DNA of 64,000 nt from the human T2T-CHM13v2.0 reference genome, Homo sapiens, in the NCBI RefSeq assembly GCF_009914755.1, contig NC_060942.1. The stretch is one strand, 5' to 3'. The notes beneath the pieces are model-generated. The model saw only the letters and a list, made by a program, of their open reading frames with translations, made no database searches and was not told the origin of the DNA. Both the position numbers and the translations under genes were made by a program. Below, one piece after another: positions 56,531-64,000 of this stretch (position 1 is its first letter; each line of letters starts with the position of its first letter).

Positions 56531-57030
56531 GAATACCTTGTGTACTGTAAGAATTCCACCTGCAACCTCCCTGACAGGTGCTTATTCAGCCTTTTTTGGC
56601 CACCCAGAGCGTCTCTTCTTGTTTCCCTTTTCTTAGAACAATCGTGACCTTACATCTTTGTATGTGTAGAGTCTCATCTGTCTTTAGGTCTTCACTCAAA
56701 TATCATTTTCTCAGAGAAATCTCCTAATAAGTGAACGAGTAAAAGAAAATTCAAGCAGCTCTAGTGACAATGGCATGTTATCCCGTGGGTTCATCATCTC
56801 ATTGTTGGGCAGCTGTAATTGTTGAAACACTCACTATAGAGAAGTCCATTTATATGTTTGCTAGCACTGCCATAACAATATGTTACAGACTATGAAGCTG
56901 AAAAAAAGTAAAATTTACTTTCTCAAAGTTTTGGAAGCTGGAAGTTCTACATCAAGGTGTCAGCAGCTTTGGTTTCTCCTAAGACCTCTCTCCTTGGCTT
57001 GCAGATGGACACCTTCTCACTGCTTTCTGA

Positions 57031-57402
<372 letters not shown>

Positions 57403-57486
57403 ACCCAATCCCCTCTTCTTATGAGGATGTCATATTGGTTTAGGGCCCACCCTGATGGATTTATTTTAGCCTAATCACCTCTTCAA

Positions 57487-58001
<515 letters not shown>

Positions 58002-58237
58002 TTCATAAACCTATCTCCAAATGCAGTCACATTCTGGAACTTCAACATCTGTCTTTTGGGTTACACAGTTTAGTACATAACTCCTATCTTTGCCTAAAGG
58101 CTTCTGGCTGCTTTCCGGATTCCCACAGCTTACCACCCCCTTCTATCTCAACACTTTTCTTTGCAGTATTATCTCATGCCCTTGGCCATATTACATAAGA
58201 CTTAACTGATCTTATGTGAAAAAGCATGGTAATTTAC

Positions 58238-58667
58238 TATGGCAGATGAGATAATATGGCTCTGAGATTTCCTATTTCAGGGAGCATGAGTGACCAACAG
58301 CTTCAGCCACAGTGCTCTAAACCCTTCACTGCATCTGCACCACAGTGAAAATTCTCTTAAGTGCTCCCAGCCAGTGACTGAGTGCAGCACAGGGACTAAG
58401 GCAGGCTATTTCCTATAGGAAATAGGATTCCTCTGGTGGAGACTTTGGCATGGGGACCCCCCATTAGTCTTGTCAAACTCTTAGAATCACACTGCAGTCT
58501 AAGACCCTCCTTCCTTTCCTTCTCCTTCACAGGGGTCAGATATACACATTAGGCTGATAGTTTCCCATCCTTCTCTGGCTCCCTCATTTACCCTTGCAGG
58601 CATTTCTCCCAAAAATACGCTGCACATCTAATCATTTTGACCTCTTCTTCTTGGAGAGACCTAGTCA
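58238..58667 (+). mobile_element. LTR16C-like ERV-L solo LTR
   Basis: CCCAGCCAGTGACTGAG...ACTAAGGCAGGC...ACTGCAGTCT.AGAC...CCTTCACAGG.GTCAGA...TGCACATCTAATC. Confidence 0.75.
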
Positions 58668-59957
58668 TATTGCTTGTACATGTGTAAATAAGGAAGTCTT
58701 CTCTCTTTAGAGACTATAACTTAAACTAAAAAAAAAAAAAAAAATCAAAGGTGGAAATTCTAGCTGACAATTGAGAATATGTATTTTAGAAAAGCTAAAT
58801 CCCATTGAAATAATGCAAAACTTAATACAAGAATAACAAATTTAAAAAGAGTATTTCATATTTCTAAAAAAATTACACATTTTAAAATATAAAATTTTCT
58901 GTTCAAAAAATTTATTCTGAGCACAAGGATATTTTATCCCTCTTTATACTTAGAATAAATATAATTTCCTGTATGAAAGTCATCATCAAACAAAAACAGA
59001 TCATCATCAGGAGTCCAAAGGGATAAGACCAACACATTGAGGAAGGATAGACCCTCTATTTGATGTCTCCGTAACTATTTCAGCAAGGGCAAAATGGGAC
59101 CTACTCTCAAACAATCACAGCCTAGCTTCCACTGTCAACTTTGAGACCAGCCAGAACTAATCTCATTAAGCTCATTATCTGTTTATGTCAATCACCACAA
59201 GGAGTCCCAGGATTCTAGGTTCCCTCACTGTACACACGTTAATCACTCTACATTATTGCATATCCTTTATTATGTCCCTTTCTTCCATTCTCTTTAATCC
59301 CTAAAACCTCTCTAGTGAGCCCTCTGGAATTTATGGTCCATCATACATAAAACCTTCATGATCTCTTCTCTAAAAATTACCTTCAACTCACTCTAAATGA
59401 AACTTAAATCTCCTTTAATGATGCTATTGCCTCTGCAGGCACTTGGTTGGAAGCTGTTTTGTTTTACACTGGGCCCACCTTTTCATAAGTGTCCTCTTTG
59501 TTCCTCACTGCCAGTTTCATTCTGTAATCTCTCCGTGGTCTTAAGTGTCTATAACATTGATTAAAATGTCATTACCAGTTTGTCCACACATTGATCACTC
59601 AATGAATTTTCTCCAACACCAATGGTCTCATCAGATTTCTTCAAACTCACTGGAACACACAATTCTCAGGGCCTTAGGGCTTTCTATTCTCTCCCTTGAT
59701 AACATGCTTTTGAACATTTGCCTAGCTTGACCTGCTCTATCAACTTAATTTTAAAATCAAATTTCAAAGAAAGCTACCCTGACTACAATATATAAAATTG
59801 TCATCACTCTTTACTGTATTTCTTCTACTCCAGGTTTCTCATTTTTTCCTAATGGCAATAGTTTTCGTCTGCATCTTCTATCAAGAATTTAAGCTTCAGA
59901 TACATGGATCATGTTCTTCACTGTTGTATAACCAGGGTCTGCTGTAAACTAGGTACT

Positions 59958-60309
59958 TGCTATGGTGACCTTTCCCAAGTCATATATTGGAACATAATAC
60001 CCAATGTGACAGTATTAAGAGGTGGGGCCTTTGGGTAGTGAGTAGGTCATGGGCAGAAGCTTTCATGAATGGAAATAATGCTCTTATAAGAGGGGTTAAA
60101 TGGAGCTACATTGCCTCTTCCATCATGTGAGGATACAGCAATAAGGCACCATATTTGAAGCACAGAACAAGCCCTCATTAGACACTGAACCTGCTGGTGG
60201 CTTGATCTTGGACTTCCCAGCCTCTAGAACTGTGAGCAATATATTTCTGTTGTTTATAAATGACCCAGCCTAAGGTATTTTGCTTTAGCAGCATGAACAA
60301 GCTAAGAAA
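59958..60309 (+). mobile_element. MSTD/MLT1A-type solo LTR inserted in an L2 3' end
   Basis: TGCTATGGT...CAGTATTAAGAGGTGGGGCCTTTGGG...CTTGATCTTGGACTTCCCAGCCTCTAGAACTGTGAG; L2 tail AATAAATATTTACTGAATGAAT resumes after it. Confidence 0.85.
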
Positions 60310-60419
60310 ATATTTAATAAATATTTACTGAATGAATGTAATAAGTTGAATTTATTGCAACTATAATCTTCCTCTCAAATCAGAGAAAAATAATGGGTAA
60401 ATGACATTGCTTTCTGTTT

Positions 60420-61295
60420 CATTCAACATATTTTTATCAGTTTCTTCAGTTATGTGCATGGTTCTCTGCTTATAACACTCACGTGAATAAAACAAAATTT
60501 TATAGCTTGAACATTCCCTTTCTAGCTATACAAACACAAATGTATACAGATAGTAATAATTATAGAGGTAAAGATTATTTATGCATAGATTTCAGTTTTC
60601 TCTAGCAACTATGTGGAAGATAGTTTTGAGAGGAACAAAATCAGAGACAGGTAAAGCAATTAGGAATGTGCACAGTCATGAAGGTGAGATGAATTGATTA
60701 GTAGTGATGGATAGGAACAGACAAATAGAACATATTTAAGTGGTAAAATTAGGAAAAAATGATTTTTAACTTTATTTCCTCTATCTTTAAAAAATAGGAA
60801 AGTATATCTAATAAGGAGATATTAGAGCAGTCAGTTGCAAGGGGAAAATAAAAAATTAACACTTTATTGACTTAATTTTGATGTGACACCAAGAAGACAC
60901 CTAGAAAAATATCTCCAGAAATATTGATCTGAATATAAAGCTTAATATACAGGTCTAGTATAGAGAAATTAATTTGAGAGTGTTCAATATGCACAGGAGT
61001 AAATGAGATAGCCGAGTATAACATAAAGACAGAACAATAATGAAACAAAGAAAAACACTCTAAGAATAAGAACTTAGAACATTTACTGAAAGGATACTCA
61101 TTTAAGAGAGATAATAAAATGTTGGAAGCAAGGGAGAAGAACAGGAGGAGATGAGGGAGGTGAAGGAGGAAGAATTTAACAGTGTAGTGCATAGTGTGGT
61201 ACATATTAGAAGTAAAGAGTGAGATTAGATAGTGTCAAGAATGAAAAAGGAAGCAAAATTCCCAAAAGCACTAGAGAAGCTCAGTAGAATAAGAA
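60420..61295 (-). mobile_element. Degraded L2
   Basis: TTCATTCAACATATTTTT..CAGT...; AAAAGCACTAGAGAAGCTCAGTAGAATAAGAA. Confidence 0.5.
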
Positions 61296-61296
61296 A

Positions 61297-61596
61297 TAAA
61301 ATCCAAAATACATAAGAAACTCCAACTGAATAGTAAAACAAAAGCAAATGAAAAACAAAAACCCTGATTTAAAAATGGGTAAAGGAGCTTTATAAACATT
61401 TCTCCAAAGAAGAAACACAAATGACCAACAGATACATGAAGAGGTGCTCAACATCACTAGTCATCAGGAAAATGCAAATCACAACCACAATGAGTTATCA
61501 CCTCACAGCTGTTAGGATGGATGTTATATATACAGAGATGTTAGAATGGATGTCTTTACATATATATGTGTATGTATATGTATATATGTGTGTGTG

Positions 61597-61628
<32 letters not shown>

Positions 61629-62475
61629 TATACAAGTGTTGTGAGGGAGGGAACCTTTGTACACTGTTGGTGGTTATGTTAATTGGTACAACCATTATGA
61701 AAAATAGTGTGGAGTTTCCTAAAAAACAAAACATAGAATTAGCATATGATCCAGAAATCCCACATCCTGATATATACATATATCACCAAAAAATGAAATC
61801 AGTATCTCAAAACATATCTATACTCCCTTGTTCACTGAGGAATTATTCACGACATCCAAGATAGAAAAATAATGAGAATTTAGTATATACATGGAAAGAA
61901 ATATCATTTACCCTTAAAAAAGGAAATCCTATCATTTGCAACATCATGGATGCACCTTGATGAGATCACGCTAAATGAATTCAGTTGGAAACAGAAAGAC
62001 GAAGACTGCAGGATCACATTTCTATGTAGAGTTTTTAGGAGTCAAACCCAAAGAAGTAGGAAACAGAATGGCGGCCCCCAGGGTCTAAGGAAAGGAGGAA
62101 AACAGGAAGTGTTGATCAAAGGATACAAAGCTTTAGTCATGCAAAATAAATAAGTTCCAGAGATTACTGTATAACAGAAGGTGTATGGTTAACAAAGCTG
62201 TGTTGTTGTTTTCTGTTTCTTTTTTTTTTTTTTTTTTGCTAGGAGGGTAGATCTTATATTAAGTGCTTTTACTACAAAAGGAAAAAAATGCAACAAAACA
62301 AAAACAGGGAAACAAAAATAACCCAAGTGGGGCAGGAGTAAATTTTTTGAGGTGAGAGATAAGTGTATGACATTGTGATGATGATTTCATGGGTGTATAC
62401 TTACCAAAAATGACATCAAGTTGCATAAAATAAACATATACAGTTTTCTGTATGTCAATCAAAGGTTGATAAAGA
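61297..62475 (+). mobile_element. L1MA/MB-type 3' portion with internal (TA)n/(TG)n at ~61558-61633
   Basis: ORF 61421: [33 protein letters not shown] (ORF2 C-terminus); AAGGAAATCCTATCATTTGCAACA; AAGGATACAAAGCTTTAGT. Confidence 0.88.
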
Positions 62476-62890
62476 GGAAGACAATTTAAAAGAGAATTAC
62501 TATTGGACTTAATATTAGGAGACCACCAATGGCTATCACAGAGTTTCAGGAGCACAGAGAGAAGCAGAATGCAGGGCACTGCACATTGAATGTGAGGTAA
62601 AGCTGTTAAGGACATGACAATAACACTTTGATTCCAGATGAAAGTGGGAGTGGGAAATGGGGCAGTAGTTGGATGGGTATTAGGTAGGTAGGAGATGGTT
62701 GCGTTCATTTGAGGCAAATAAAAGGAAGTAGAAAGGGGGATGCTGAAAGTACAGTAGAAAGAGTAATTAACAGACGATGCAATGTTCTGGAAGCAATAGT
62801 GAGGAGTGGGATACAGAGCTGAATTAAAAGGTGTAAGAGAGAAGACAGGAAGACAGGACAGTCGTGAGGGTAGATGTGGATGTAGATTAG

Positions 62891-63195
<305 letters not shown>

Positions 63196-63530
63196 ATTTC
63201 TTAAAAACTAAGGGAGGTAAGGTTTGCTGCTGATAATTGTAGGCAGGGGTTTTGAATACTAAGCATAAGATATCTGTGTATTATTGGAATACTCATAAAG
63301 GAGGATGAAAGAAAAGGATGTACTAGAGCAAATAATCAGAATCAAGCCACAGATTTCTTGGGGCACCAAGTTTTACAGTGGTATAATATTCTATGATAAT
63401 CACCAGCCATCCCCATGTGTAAATGGTTAGGTGGGCTTTAATTCTGAGTTGCAGTTTGGCTAGAAAAGTAGAGTAAAATAAAAATCACAAGGTAACTGAG
63501 ATACCTGAGGGGGAAGAAGTAGATGATCAG

Positions 63531-63908
63531 TGATATGGTTTGGGTTTGTGTCCCTGCCCAAATTTCATGTCTAATTGTAAACCCCAATGTTGGAGGCAGG
63601 ACCTTGGTGGGATTTGATTGGATCATGGGAGTGAATTTCCTTTTGCTGTTCTCATGATGGTGAGTGAGTTCTCACGAGATCTGGTTGTTTAAAGGTGTGT
63701 AGCACCTTCCCCTTCACTCTCTTCTTCTCTGTCCTTGTGAAGATGTGCCTGCTTCCCCTTCACCTTCTGCCATGATTGTAAGTTTCCTGAGGCTTCCCCT
63801 GCCATTCTTCCTGTACAGTTTACAGAATCATGAGCCAATTAAACCTCTTTTCTTTATAAATTACCAGTTTCAGATATATCTTTATAGCAGTGTGAATGGA
63901 CTAATGAA
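63531..63908 (+). mobile_element. MSTA-type solo LTR
   Basis: TGATATGGTTTGG.TTTGTGTCCC...GAGTTCTCACGAGATCTGGTTGTTTAAA...TAAACCTCTTTTCTTTATAAATTACC...GGACTAAT. Confidence 0.9.
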
Positions 63909-64000
63909 GTGAGTCATGTAGTCTCTGTGGGACTGAGAAGGAAGAGAGTCCAGCAGGAGTTGATAGATCAGAAGAACATAGAAAAGTCAAGAATCTTTGC

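Noticed and set aside
62644-62677. Possible G-quadruplex GGGAGTGGGAAATGGGG...GGG
   Set aside because: Last loop is 12 nt; weak motif with no supporting context.

Overview
AT-rich primate (human-like; AluY present) genomic DNA, intergenic or deep intronic. I recognise no protein-coding gene, RNA gene, CpG island or CRISPR array. The ORF-track entries I can place are Alu, L1, LTR or low-complexity read-through, or transposon fossils. Roughly half the window is interspersed repeat: about 10 Alus, many L1 and L2/MIR fragments, a ~3.7 kb ERV-L gag/pol fossil, a two-LTR MSTA MaLR, several solo LTRs, and DNA-transposon fossils (MER47, MER5A, MER45, HSMAR2, Kanga/Tc2, MER91, MER75). Subfamily names come from remembered consensus sequences, not a database run. 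The most striking structure is a palindromic AT-rich array containing a perfect 64-bp spacer-less palindrome (31026-31089), lying between the two TSD copies of an Alu. Other items are a TSD-less AluY in a collapsed HSMAR2/L1 mosaic, a triple-nested LTR/Alu/piggyBac, and a few speculative splice-site-bounded exons. I see no convincing new biological system.
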